Shown here: piece after piece, positions 1 to 13,400 of the stretch
Layout: each line of letters starts with the position of its first letter
Position numbering within the stretch: the first letter of the stretch is position 1
From: the human T2T-CHM13v2.0 reference genome, Homo sapiens
Direction: 5' to 3' (one strand)
NCBI RefSeq assembly: GCF_009914755.1
Contig: NC_060944.1
Length of the DNA stretch: 64,000 nucleotides
Program-made: the position numbers and the translations under genes
Notes under the pieces: generated by a model
The model's input: the letters and a program-made list of their open reading frames with translations, nothing else
The model's database searches: none
What the model was told of the DNA's origin: nothing

Positions 1-299
1 GTGACCTTGACCATCTTTGCAAGGTGAGCCTAGCTTGTGGCATGGAGTCTGGCTTGCACTGCAAGCCCCAGGGAACCGTCGGGGGATGAGTGGATGGTAA
101 AAACGACTTCTGCCCGTCAGACACTCAGACACACCAGCGGGGAGAGCTGCAGCCACTCCAGCTTTAGCTGGGTTGTGCTAAGAGCTTTAAGTGCATTATA
201 TCATTCAAAGCTCCCAAGGAGCCGCTTTGGGGAGTCCCGTCAACACCCGCATTCTGCAGATGAAGGGACTGGGACCTCAAGGGCAGCTGCTAGGGCTAA

Positions 300-510
300 G
301 GTGTGGTTCTTCTACTGGAGATGATTTTGCCCCAGGGGACATCTGGCCATATCTGGAAACACTTGTGGTTGCCACAACTGGGAGGGGGTGTTACTAGCAT
401 CCAGTGGGCGAGGGGAAGTAGCTAAACATCCACCCTGCCACGCACAGGGAAGTCCCCCACAGAAAAGAATTATTGAGCCCAAACGTCAGCACCAAGGTCG
501 AGAAACTCTG
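300..510 (+). mobile_element. MER20 (hAT-Charlie)
   Basis: Matches recalled consensus (GATTTTGCCCCAGGGGACAT...GCTAAACATCC...GAGAAAC). Confidence 0.8.
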
Positions 511-3500
511 GATTAAATCAGATGATAGTGAATATCTCAGGCACAGTGCCGGGTGCATAGTGCTTGCTCAATAAACATTAGCTAGGCAACAGCTGATTCC
601 TAATTAGGCCTCAATGTGAAGACAGAAGCAGGGACTGAAACCACACACAACCGGTTTGAAGAATAACAACAACTTAGTCTAAAAACATCTGCTTTGAAAG
701 CAAACGCTTAGGAAAGGGCAGTTGTTCATTTCACACTTGGATTGTACATTTCTGTAGGCTGGAGTCGCAACCACCTTGATCACCGATCAACGCACACTGG
801 CACCAACCACCATGCCAGACACACAGGAGGCACTTCGTAAATGCTTGTGAAATGAATACATGGGTGAGGGAAAGTGGCGGAGAGCAGTCTGCGTGAGGAC
901 GTAAGCACAGGTCCTTCTCTGGAGGCAGGAGAATGAAAATCATCCCACGGGTCGGGGCCGGGTCAGTGAGGAAGGGAGGGAAGGAGTTCTGAGAATGTCA
1001 ATCTGCAGGACAACTTCTAGTTTCCACCTTTTGCATGAGGGATTTCCAAGTGCCCCAGGGCCTGGGAGTCCCCATTCATCAACCCTGGGTGCTACCAGGG
1101 ACAGGGCCCATTGTGATTTGTGAGGCCTGCCTGAGTGCTGGTGGGGCAGGGGTGAGGCAGGCGCCCATGCTCCTTCCTGACCTCTCCAGCACGCTCCATC
1201 CACTTGCATGGAATCACGGCAGTGGGGAATGAGAAACACCCCTCCATCACTGCCACTGGGAACCCCCGTCCCTCCAAACCTGCCGCCTGCCTGAGCTCCT
1301 GAGGGCACCCTCACCCTGCATGGGCCTCCTTCCTGCCAGGGAGGGAGCCCTGTGCGAGGCAACCAGGGGTTGCCCCGGAGCCAGTCCCACTTCTGCCATC
1401 TGCGGGTGACAGCGAGAGACCTCTCTAGGGTGTCCCCTGCCTGAGACGACCGTGAGGATGGTGTGGCGCTGCCTCTTACAAGGGTGGTCCCAGCATCGAG
1501 AAGGGAACGGCCCTCCCAGACCTTTCACTGCTTAAAATAACCAACTTTTTAATTTAGCAACCATTGTCGTTTCACGTTCAATTCTGTAAGCAATAATAGA
1601 GCTCTCCACGTACCCTCCACCTCCTCCCCTGCTGGCAGCACCTTACAAAACTCGATTCTCTGTGGTTTTCCCAGAATCAGAACTTGTGTACGCTTTAGTC
1701 ACCCCCTCATTTTACAGAAGAAGGAACTGCAACCTGGTCAGTCCCCCCTCAAGGTGACACGGCCAGCTGGGAACTGGACATGGCCACCACACCTAGCTTA
1801 GCAGACCTCACCCTCTCGGCTTCTCCTCTCTGCCTGAGGTACTCCCCCCAAGGTCTTCCCACCGCTGACTCCTTCTCATCCCTCATTCTCAGCACAAGGT
1901 CAGCCCTGCTGAGAGACCCTCTCAGACCAATAAAGCAGCCCCCAGGCACAGTCATGTGACACTGTCGAATCTCCTCCTCCGTTCAGTATCTGACTCTGTT
2001 TCCCATCTGCACCAGACTAGTAGCTCCCTGAGGGCAGGCTCAGGCCTGTTCCATTCACCAGGTCCTCCCATCTCCAGTGGCACAGGGAAGGAGCTCACCT
2101 ACTGGATAAATGAACAGAAGATGGGTGATTCGCCCAAATACCGGGTCTGTCCTCCTTCCTTAGGTCACTATTACACACAGACAGACACAGCTACCTTCGA
2201 TGGGAGGTGACGGCGTAGCAAAGGCTCCCAGTGGGAATGAAGGCTTGAGCTGAGTGTGAATGGTGCTCAGAGCGGGGGACCAGCTCCACCAGCGGTTCCC
2301 TGTGTGACCTTGGGCAAGCTGTTCTCTGAGCCTCGGTGGTTTCATCCATAAAATGGGGAAATGACAGCCCGCTGCCCTTGCATACCTAAGCACAAAGTCA
2401 CTGGTAACTAGGGGCCCAGGTTCTGGGTCTCCCTGGAGTGTCGGGGTCCTAGGTGCCGGCCCAGAGGAGTTTCAAAGTCAGCCTTTAACTGCCCTCCCAG
2501 TAAAGAGGCTGCTGAATGCTACAGAGCAGGCTCCCGTGCCCACCGCCCCACACCTGGAAGACGAAAGGACACGAGAAGGAGAGGCACAGCTGCGTCGCTG
2601 GCTGTGACCCACACTCCTCCAGTTTTTGATTTAAAAAAAAAATCCCTGAAACAGCACCCACTCCCTGTCAAGTCTGTGTCCCCATCGCCAGCAGAAACCA
2701 ACTCCTCCTGGAGGAAGGAAAGTTCAATGGATGAGCTATAAATATTTCTGCTAGATGCTGCCTGGGAGCTGGGCTTTCTGCATGAGCAGGCCCCGCTGAA
2801 AAGGAAGGCGGCTCGCCAGATTTGTTTCGAATTATGAAAATAGATGTTGTCTCCCCACCACATCTGTTTTGCCTGACAAATGAGCAGCAGCTCGCCTCCT
2901 AAATAAGGCAGCACACCAAGACGGTCTTGAAACTCCGGCTTCTCCAACTCTTCAGAAAAGGAGAAGAAGAAGAAAAAAGAGTCCAAGCCTCCCAGGTTTG
3001 AGCTCTAAAAGCCAGACCTTTTTCAATGTCATCTCTCACGCCGCAGTCTCCGGGGGCATTTACGCCACACTTGTCCTTAAGCTCAGATCTCCCTGAGCAG
3101 GTAGAGGCTGCTCACGTTAGAGGGCACGGATATCCCCCACTGCTTTTTAAAAAGAAAAAGAAGGCCAGGAGACACGCGATCAATTATAAAAAGTGCAAAG
3201 AAAGGAAAGCTCCCTAAACTCAAGCCAAGGGTGCGTTTTTGATGTGCTGAGAGAGGCCAGTTTTTGGAGGGAAACATCAATACTGTTGCCATTCAGTTCT
3301 CTATGCCATGCTGGCCTGGTGACTTGGGTTAATATAATCATTTTCCTTTAATTACTCCAGGAAAGACCCAATTACAGCGCAGACGCATCTGCCAGCCTGA
3401 GGATCCAATATTTAATAGCCCATCCTTCAGGAACATTCCTGCTTGGGAGCTTCCTGGAGCGAGCAGCCCTGCATGCATTACGAACTTGCATTACTATACT

Positions 3501-3523
3501 AACTCGGTGGTGGTGTTCTGGCC

Positions 3524-3532
3524 TGTGTGTGT

Positions 3533-3568
<36 letters not shown>
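3524..3568. repeat. (TG)n microsatellite with CG interruptions
   Basis: Seen directly. Confidence 0.95.
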
Positions 3569-6500
3569 TTCTTTTAAAAGTCTCTTCCCCTGAAAATACT
3601 TCATGTTGATATTTCTTCTTAAAGATGCTGTAATTATGAGAGAGCAGAAAGAACCCCCGAATGACTGTATAACTTGAAATATTACAAGCACAGTCACCCC
3701 ACTTCCCCACTCCGCGGGGAAATTTACAGGCTTCCAGGCTGCCACCAAGAGGGAAGGACTAGAGCCCAGCAGCTCTCAGAGTTCTTGGAGTTCTCGGCCT
3801 CCGAAGCACACTGTCCAGCCACCTGCACAAAGCCCATCATAAACCCATGCGGGGCACAATGGGAGTAGCTGCTCAACAGACCACTCCTGCCTGTGGGCTG
3901 TCTGTTTTGGGGGTAGAAATAAAAAGATCTGGCCAAGAAACCTGGAGTGTTATGGGATGTCCTTCTCTATCTCCTGCAGACGAAATGTCCCACCACGCCC
4001 CACCCCCGGCTCCGCAACACCGCAGTCAAGTAGGCTGATAGGTTAGACTCGCTTCATCTGGCAGAAATGAGACGCAGTTTAGGGATCCCAGGAGACATCT
4101 GGTCAGCTGCCCACGCCTGACTCCCCCTCCCCAGCTTTTGTGCCCCCTACCAAGTAAAAACCGGAGGGCAGATTGATGACTGCGGGAGGGGAGGCGGGTG
4201 GAAATTTATGGCTTTGCAGCAGGTCAATGGTAATGACAATAGTTTTCACGGGTGGGGGTCGGGGAGTTAGGGGTCTAGCTGGGAGGGGGGCAGGGTGACT
4301 TCTCTCCACCCCGCAGCCCTCGCTCCAGAAGGGAACTCGGAAGCCTGCTTCCCTCCTGACCTGAACATGTAGCGGGCCTGGAAGTCAACTGAATTTCCCA
4401 AGTCCACTGGGCTGTGTAGCTGCCTAAGAAGGAGGGGGGCTCTGAGAACCGCCCCCACCACCCACTGCAGAGTCTGAAGGAGCCAAAGTGGGACCACTTT
4501 CCAGTTGCTGGCAGGACGATGCCTATTTGGCCTCTGCACCGGTTCCTGTTGGGCGGGTGATGGGTGATTGGGGGGCCCGGGAGACCCTCCACCCCCATAG
4601 CTTGCCAGTTTTTCACTGCGGTAACAATGACCTAGTCGCTATGGCAATGAGGTTAATTAATGCATCTATTTGGCAGAACTAAAACCTCGGACGCATTCAA
4701 CTAGCCCTGATATTTTCATCCTTAAGAAGCCAACCTCTGGTGTTTTATTTGTCTAGGCATGTAGGCATGCCACAAAACAAAACATTGCCACAAAAGGAGG
4801 AGCTGTAAGAAGAAATGGGGGAAGTTGTGGGGAGGAGCTGGGAGGGGGGGGTCTCTGCCCACCCCTCAGAGAGAAGAAAACCTGGAATGTCACTTTTCCT
4901 TTTTCGATGATGGTATAAAATTAGCACAGTCAAGTAAATGTGTTATAAACACAAAGATGCTGCCAGGAGGCAAAGTGCCTTCATTTAAGGAGAGGAAGAA
5001 TGGCTGAGGGGTTTTAGAAAGGGGGCTGGGTGGTCAAACGGTTGGAGGGGGTGCCGTCTGCAACCCTCCCAAGTACTGTAACCAGAGGGAAAAGCCATTT
5101 CCCCCGAGAACGTGCATCTGCAGAACGTCTAGACAGTCATAAAGAGGACAATTAAAAAAAGAAAAAAGCTGCAAGCCGCAGTCACTCTCCTCGCCAGGGT
5201 ACCCACCCGGCTGCAACCTCCAGCTAACTGCCCGAGCAGGTGAAAAATTATAAAAGCAAGAAAAGCCAGTGTGGGCTAGGAGGAGGCCGGGGAGTCTGGG
5301 CAGAAAACAGTTTATGAGCAAGTGTTTTGAAATCCCGCTTTAAATAAGCCGGTAAATGAATTCAACCTTGTCAGATCTCTCTCCCCTCACGCAGACCAAA
5401 TATTCCGCTGGCGTGCTGTCTAGACACAGATAACAAAGGACTTTTTACAGCGCACAGAGACGCGCTGACAAAGTAGCCATTTAAAGATGCAGTATTGCTT
5501 TCTCGGCCTAAAACGATTTGTCAGATGGACTTAAATGAAAATGCTAAGTTATCGGTCTGGTTTGGGGTCTGCTGGTGGACTGGCTGGGGGGAGGGGGCTG
5601 GCTGCTCCAGAGAACTAGAAACCATCATCTGTGATTGGGCTGCCCTCCAGGTCGCTCTTAAAATAGGACTGTACGTGGCCGCCCAGCAAATAATTCTGGC
5701 TCTTCTTGTTCTGGGAAGGCGCCTGCTAAGATGTCTCTAACACCTAGTAGCAGCAATTTTGTTGTAGCACTGTTCACTTAAAGGGGGCGTGTGGCAAAAA
5801 AAGGTTACATGAAAATGCATGGGGGAGAACTTGTTTCCACCTGCTCCGGGTGGACCAGAACCAAGAGGAGAGGAATCTGGTCTCACCTCCAACTTTGCAT
5901 TTTAGCCCTTCTCATACAAAGGGTCGCTATAAAATGAGTCACCCTCCCTTCCCAGGAAAGAAAGACAGGGTTGGAGGTGGGCTGGCTGCAAGGGTGTGGC
6001 CCGGGGACACACTCAGGGTGACACCCAAACACCCTCTAAACTGGGGAGTGGGCCTCCATGCAGCCAAGGTTCCAAGGGAGGAAGAACAGCATCCAGGAGC
6101 TCCCAGAGCCTCAACACAAGCCGTGCGCTGACCTCTCCTTCAGGTTACACTCCGGGGCAGCCGGACAGGGGTGGTTCTCCTAAATGGGGGAACTAGTTTC
6201 TTCCCCTGGGACTGTCAGCTTCCAATCTAGAGAAAGACCTGCTGCCTGCCAGATGCCCAGTGAGGGCTCATTCACTCCAGCGACCTTTCTCTGATGGGGT
6301 GCCGGCCAAGCGGTCACTTCCTTTCCATGCCTGCCCTGCTCATGGCAGCTTCTATATGAGACTGGTCTGCTCTCCTTCCTCTGTCTTTCCTTCCTGTCCT
6401 CCCTTCCTTCCTTTTTCTCTCTCAAATGTTGTAAAGCCCAGACGCTGGAACCAGACAAAGCCCATCTCCACCACCTTCAGGCTGTGTGGTCCAAGGGAAG

Positions 6501-8280
6501 TCACCTCCCTGAGCCTCAGTTTACCCTGCTGTGAAATGGGGTCTCAACCACCTGTCCTAAAGAGCTGTTGTGAGGATTAAATGCCCTTGTGCATTAAACC
6601 CACTAACCAGCCACTAACACGGCATCCACCGGCCTCTTTCAACAGCGAGGCCCTGGGCAGGCTCCTTCCCCCTCTCTGGGCCTCAAGGCCCTCACCTGTG
6701 AGATGGAGTGACCAGAAGTACCTGCCTCAATCCCATGCAATGAAGAGGAGATGACAGTGCACACCAAAGAGTGGAGCTCAGTGCTGGACCCGCAGTGAAC
6801 ACCCCACAAACAAAACCATGGTCAGGCTTAGGATCCCCACCAAAAACAGCTGTCTACACTAATCCCGTGGGAAGGACAGTGCACCAGGGAGATACACCCA
6901 GAGGACTTCTCCAGCTGCTCCTTACAGCAGCCTCCCAAAAGGGTGATGGGCTATGTCAGAGGACTGCAGAGTTTTCCCCCATTTCTGTTTTTGGTTTCCG
7001 CACTCTCATTTTTAATAATTGCTTTTAAACGACTGTTCCTAATCTTCGCTCCTCTTGCAGCAAGCAGCCCACAAGCTCTGCCGTCTGTGGGCACAGCCTC
7101 TGGTTCTGCCCCAGACGTGGATGTGTAGGTTCTAGAACCGATCTGCCAACGCGGAGGAATGAGTTCAAGATGTGGAGCAATGTTCTTTTTCCGTTAAGGG
7201 GTTCAACTGAGCGACTTCCTTCTTCTCCAGGTGATCTCCTGTGCCTGGGGCACCTGTGCCTGGGGCTGGTCCAAGGCTCCGCAAGATAGCACATCAGTGA
7301 AGTGACCCAGAAGCCACTGACTCAGCCCTGCCATTTAACAGAGGGACCCCAAGGCCAGAGGGGACATGACTTGCCCAGAGCAACCCAACCAGGTCAGGAA
7401 AGAACCCAGGTGCTTTTTGCATGTGTGACTTCCCCTACACATACCTACAGCCACTCCCTGGTCTGGCAACCACGACTGACATTACTAATCAATTGCCACA
7501 CTCCTTCTCAAAGAGCCCAGCCCTGCCTCCAGGAGCTTCCTCTCCCCACTGCACCAGGAAGGCTCTATCCATCAGGCAAATACAACTTTTTTGGCCAACT
7601 CTTCCCCAAACATAGTCATGGGGTGGTTGACCTGAAAAGAAAGGATAAAATACTCAGAAGAAAGATGAGAAATCCAGCAGGACAAGATCAGGGGCATTTG
7701 GGGAGCAACTGACACAGCTGGGCTCCAGGAGTCACCAGAAATATCCACAGCAATGTCCAGCCTCTGCACCTGTGCTACAGGGCCCTGCTCAGCCTGCCCT
7801 TCTCAACTCCAAGCTGACCCAAGCTTGCCCAAACTCATTTCCAGCCCACAAGGGCCCCCAGCAGGGCTCCTGAGCCATGAGCTCTCTCTAGTCTATGGGT
7901 TCCCTGTCCAGGGAAGTAAGTCTGAACCTGCATCTAGATCGGGCCCTGACATTGGATCCACCCTGGGTTCAGTGTCTTTCCCTCTTCCCCTCTCACTGTG
8001 AGCACCATAAGGTCAGGCCGGGTGGTTCAGGCCTCTCTGCTACCTCTGCCCTCATCTCGGGACGGCCTCAGCTCAGCCTCCGCCTCGGGACGGCCTCAGC
8101 TCAGCCTCCACCAGCTTTGAATTCCCCAGGGGAGTAGGCACCTGGGTGTTTCTCCCCATTCCAAGATTTCTCCGTTTTCCTCCTCAGGTCAGTGCAACTA
8201 CTTTCTATTTAGCCTCATGTGAGTAATTATGCAGGGAGCAAGTTGGAGAGGGGGGTGTCTGGGGCCTGGATTGAGTTAAA

Positions 8281-8503
8281 TCAGGGTTCCTCAACCTCCA
8301 CCTGCCTGACCTTAGGAAGGAGACACTTCTTTGTGGGGTGGAGTGGGGTGGGCTGTTCTGGGCATGGCAGGCTGTTGAGTTGCATCCCTGGCCTCTACCT
8401 ACTAGACGCCTACGGGGTAGGCACTTCCTCCATGCCCCAGGTTGTGACAACCAAAAAGTCTCCAGACACTGCCAATGTCCCTAGGGGGCAGTTGAGAACC
8501 CCA
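8281..8503 (-). mobile_element. MER20
   Basis: Reverse-complement MER20 motifs (GTTGTGACAACCAAAAAGTCTCCAGACACTGCCAATGTCCC). Confidence 0.75.
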
Positions 8504-10387
8504 GAGTTAGAGTATCAGGAAGCCACAAAGAACGGCAGGCAGCAAGGGCTGAATGACGACCACATCATCATCCTCAGCACCCAGTGGTCGACCTCACTCT
8601 GCCAGGCAGGGAACTTTGTGCCAGGCAGAGCCTCACATTCATTCTCCCTAAGGAATCACGGCAAATGCTCACATTCCCATTTGACAGATGAGGCGACCGA
8701 GGCTAAAAGAGGTACAGGCCTTGGATAGGCAAACACTAAGCCTAGAGCCAGGGAATCAAACTGGAGATTCTGCCTCTCTCCTGGGTCAGTACTTGGAGCT
8801 TCTTGTCACTAACGGCCATGAGGACAAGGTGGCTTCGGGGATGTTCCCGCCTGTCCTCCCCTTTACGAGGCACCCAGGCATGGTGAGCATGCCCTGAGCG
8901 GGTGGGGGTGGGAATTCTGCATCTTTCCCCAGGGGTTTCTTTGGCTCAGACCTGGCTGAGCGCTGCCTCTGGGCCTTCGATCCCCGCTGGCAGCCCGCCC
9001 CAGACTTATTGGCACAGGCTGTGGGGTTTTATTTAGACGGTGTCAGCTAAACAGCTCTGGGCGCATGGGCCCGAGTGGGCGTCAGCTTGATTGGGTTTCA
9101 AAACGCGTTTCTGTTTGGGAGCTGCCTCTATCATTAGAAATTGGTGCACGTTTTGTTGGTAGGGCTGGTCACTCGCTGGGCAGGCGGAGGGAGAACTGGC
9201 CGCCTCCTTTGAAGCCAGTTTCCCCTCACCCACTACCCACCCCCTCTCTTCTATCTCGGCCCAAATCCCACTTTCTGGGGCCCTCCCCCAACTCCTGACC
9301 CTTCGGAACAAAGGGAGCATGAGTGTCTAGACCGCCAGTCTGAACGTGAGAAGGGGGTATTGTGTGACCAGGACAGAGGCCTGGCCTTCCCAGGCAGAAA
9401 GGTCGGCTGGGGAGTGGGGCGAGGTGAGGGGTGACTCTGGCCTGGTCCACCTCTGTGGCAACAGACACCACCCCGTTCCTCCTGGGGAGTCCAGCATCGG
9501 ACCCAGCACCGGGAATCGGACCTAGGTCAGTGCCAAGATGGGACAGTCTCCAAATGAAACTCGGGGAATCCTCTTTGCCCGTCGCTAAAGGAACTAGTTC
9601 AAGGAGAGTCCTCACAACTGTGCCCACATAAATAGCTGTTTCTCATGATGATCAGCTTAGAAGCTTCAAGTACATTCCCAGCTCCGGGGACAAGGGGACC
9701 CAGGGGCCGCCCTGAATCTGCCTCCCAGGGCCATGGGGAGATGCTCCTGCCTCCTACTCACCCTCTCTGGGTCTCAGGGACCTGTCGTAAAAAGAGAGGC
9801 TGTGGCCTTTCAGACGTGTTTGACCACAGAAGCCTTTGATTGTGAATCAAAGTCTGATTCAGCAGCTCTATATATCGGAGGGACACAGACACGGCGCTGC
9901 TGGGGCTGACGTGGGTCCCAGGGGCCAGTGGCTGCATCGCCCGGCAGCAGCCGAGGTCCATGGGGCACTTACTGTGTGCGAGGCATTTGCTGAGCTTCTC
10001 CCAACACCCGATGCACTCCTCACCTCAGCTCCACGAGCTAGGAACTGTCGGTGTCACCCCATTTTATGGATAAGGAGGACGAGGCTCTTGGGTGAAGGCA
10101 GAGCCAGCCAGATCTAACCTTCCCACCTGCCTGGCTTTCAGCCTGGGGGCCTCCATGTGGAACCCTCCCTGCCTCTGCCAGCTGGGCTGACAGGGAGGCC
10201 AGAGAGGTTCCCAAGCAAGCCTCTGACCTCACCTCTTAGCGAAGAGACGCTGGGCAGCGGCTTGGGGCACAGACCACCCGGGGGGGCCGGGCCCAGTGCC
10301 TGCACCCACCCCCACCACTGCCACCCGCCCTGCATCAGCGCTACACATGCAAATGCTCCTGAGAATATCCCCAGAGAAGAAACTTAC

Positions 10388-10412
10388 CTCCATGTGCTGG
10401 AATTGCAGGCAT
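10388..10412 (-). CDS. PMEPA1: PMEPA1 isoform d alternative first exon, coding part
   Basis: ATG CCT GCA ATT CCA GCA CAT GGA G|GTAAGT = MPAIPAHG, phase 1. These 8 aa plus the 251 shared aa give the recalled 259-aa isoform d. Confidence 0.82.
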
Positions 10413-13400
10413 TTTGACTTTTCGCCTGTCATTTATCAAATTCTTTGAATTTTTCGTTAAATAAGGAGTGTATATCACTTTTTACAATCAGAAGAGCCAT
10501 GCTATTTTTATTGTGAAGCAAAAAAGAAGGATTAATTAACTGTAGCAGGAGGCGGGGTCTCCATTGCTATGGCGGGTGTAGAGGGTCATGTGCAAACAGG
10601 TGGCAGGGGCCTGGAGAGCAGGCGCGCACCCCAGCCTGCGCTTCTCCTGCTTGGGCTCTGTCCTGGGAAACACTCGGTGCAGATGAAGATCTGGCTTCTT
10701 CTGAGTTTTGTAAGTGACACGCCCAGCCGACCCCCACCTGCCGGAAGTCTGGGGTGGAGCCTGGCCGTCTACTCCTCACCCACCAGTTGGTGAGGATCCA
10801 GGAGCCGGGGGTTCTGGAACTTGCACCTCCTGGGAGAAAATGTGTGAGCATGCAGGTTCCTGCACTCGCCCCATTTCAGCTCACATCCGAGGAAAGAACT
10901 ACTGCGCCTGATAAACGCTGATGCCTCTACACCCCGAGGCCTGGGGATCCCGCTTACAAGGCTACCAGAGAAGCAGGGTTAGAGAAAGCTGGTCCTGGTG
11001 CCTCCTCCTCGTCCCTACCGGCCCCTCGGTCTTTTCCTACGGGACTTCTGAAAAGCTGTTCTACAGTCATTGGTTTTCTGGCCGATTTCCAGTCTGCCAC
11101 ACTAGGAGCTGGCCTGTCTTTTTCACGGTTGTGTGTGTCCAAAACACTAGGCCCACCACACAGTAGGTGCTCAATGAATGTGTCAGATGAGTTCATGAAT
11201 GGCGTGAAATATTGAGTAAAATTACCCATTAGCGAGGTTCCTAATTGTGCAAAATGGCAAATGCCACCCAGCCTTCTGGTGTCCCCTCCCATTAACATGG
11301 CATGAGGGGAGCCTCCTTCTCCCCAACTCTTCCGAAGGTCCCTCCAGCAGAGGGGCTGCGCTAGGGGTTCTTGTGCAGGCTCTGAAAGAGGAGGAACAGA
11401 CCGAGGACCAGTCAAGGCCCCAGACTGACTGAGAGTTGAATCACAGTCTCTGGGCTGGTCTAGGAGGGCGAAGGTGTCCAGGCTATAGCAGCCCCAGGGA
11501 CAGGCACCACTGGCACCGCTCCTCTCCCCTGAGCTGATGCCAGCTCCTACTCCCCAAAACTCCTTTCCTGCTTCCTCAGGGATGGGGTAGGGAGAACGTT
11601 TTCCCCCGAAGAAAATCATTACTCTGCTGTTGAGGGTTACACAGGTTGCAGCAGAGGTGGGAATAGGACAGGGGAGGCAGGACCCTCACCCTCACTCTCA
11701 CCCCTCTCGGAGGAAGAAGCTGCGAGCTAAGGCTGGGTGCACCATCTCCCGGTCCAGACTGTCCATTTCATGCTCACAGAGGAGCTCAGACCCACCTCAC
11801 TGGTGCCCGCAGCCCTCGTTCCAAAGCCACCCCCGCTGTGTGGTCTTGAACAACTACCTCCATCTGCAGAGAGGGGAAACAGAACCCTGGGTGTGCCTGG
11901 GACGGGCTGCTTCCTGAAACCTCCCCCTGGGCAGAACTCCTACTCACACTGCAGGCCTCATTCTCACATCTCCTTCCCCGACGAGCCTCCCAACTTTTCA
12001 CATCCCATCACCCTCTTCTCCCTTTTCACGGGTAGGTCCCGGGGCTTACGGAGCCACCACTCCTCCAATACTGGCTACGTCTTACAAACAGAACAGGCTT
12101 TGTTTCTCGAGCATTTACAAAGCACCCAGGACTGAGCTGAGCCCTTGCCACAAACTGTCTCATTTAATTCTTACGATGCCCCCTGTGTAGTGGGTGCCTA
12201 TTACAATCCCCATTTTACAGATGAAGAAACAGAGGCTCATAGAGGAGACGCAACCCCGAGGACACTCTTACGTGGTGACCACTCACTCCCTATGGATGGG
12301 GTGTGGCCTCCCCTGGACTTGGGCAGCTGCAAGCACCAAGGCACAGCCCACCAGGTGTGGGAAGAGTCATGGGGGCAGGTGAGCAATGGTCTGTCAGGGC
12401 TGGTGGCAGGAACTCACAGGGCGGCCCAGACAGGGGAGCGAAGCTCCCACCTCATGACCAGGATGCCCAGTACTCCTGAGCCCGGTCCCCCTGAAGCCCC
12501 TCCCTGCCAGGCCACTGCTCCTTCCAAGGGCCCAGGTCTGTACCTGGCCTGCAGCTGGCGGGTCACGAGCACGGCCACTTTTGGCCCCAGGAGGATTCAA
12601 TTCCTCGAGGGCTGAGGCTGCCAGATGCAGAGGAGGCCAAGTGGCTGTCCCACCCCATGCCAGCCGGGTGCCACTGGCAGGGCGGCTTGTGGAAGCCATG
12701 GTCACCTGGAGCCTGAGGAACCTCCGTCCACCTCCTCTTGCCTGGATACTCTTCATTGTGGAAAGAAAAGGCAGAGATCCAGGCCAGGCTAAGTGGGAGG
12801 GTTCTGTTCTACAGGACAGCACTCAGCAATGTCTCAGGGAGCAGGGGGCTGCCTAAGTGCTGCTGGTAATAGGACTATTTTCCATCTTTCACAACTCATG
12901 ATAATCAACTGTTTATCTCAATCCCTGCTGTGGGTCAAGGTGTCCCAGGCAGTGGTCAAACCGAAACCTAATCAGAATTAACCTGGCAGAATCAGGGCAT
13001 AAGGAAACGTGGCAAAACTCAGCCAAGTCCCGAAGTGGCAAAACCACGATGTTCACGCTTATGTTGTGAGCAGGCCGGGAGTGGCCGCCTCGCTCTGCGT
13101 TCCTGCCCAGCAGCCAGGAGCTGTGTCTGAAGCCCGCCTACCCCACGCCTCCCAGGGCCAGGATCTCACATTCCAGCCGACCTGCAGTACCTCTGCGGGC
13201 TGCCATAAAAATTCCTAGACAGGTAGTCAGGTAGGAGGCAGGCCCACAGGATGAGCAGAGAGACCAGGCCCAGAGTGCCAAGTGCCCTCCCTGCCCCACA
13301 CAAGTCAGAGCCAGTGGGCTCAGGAGCTGCCTCCTCGACCTTTCCCCCTAGTTCTTGTAGGATGAGACTCAAGCCCAGGATCCGAGACCTGCATCCAGGA

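Noticed and set aside
8056-8109. Short tandem duplications (28 bp here; also ~14658-14747, ~35876-35928, ~41660-41722, ~62913-62959)
   Set aside because: Ordinary slippage duplications with no sign of function.
10954-11619. 221-aa ORF, and similarly the 219-aa ORF at 26212-26871
   Set aside because: No recognisable domain; intronic, and consistent with chance ORFs in GC-rich DNA.
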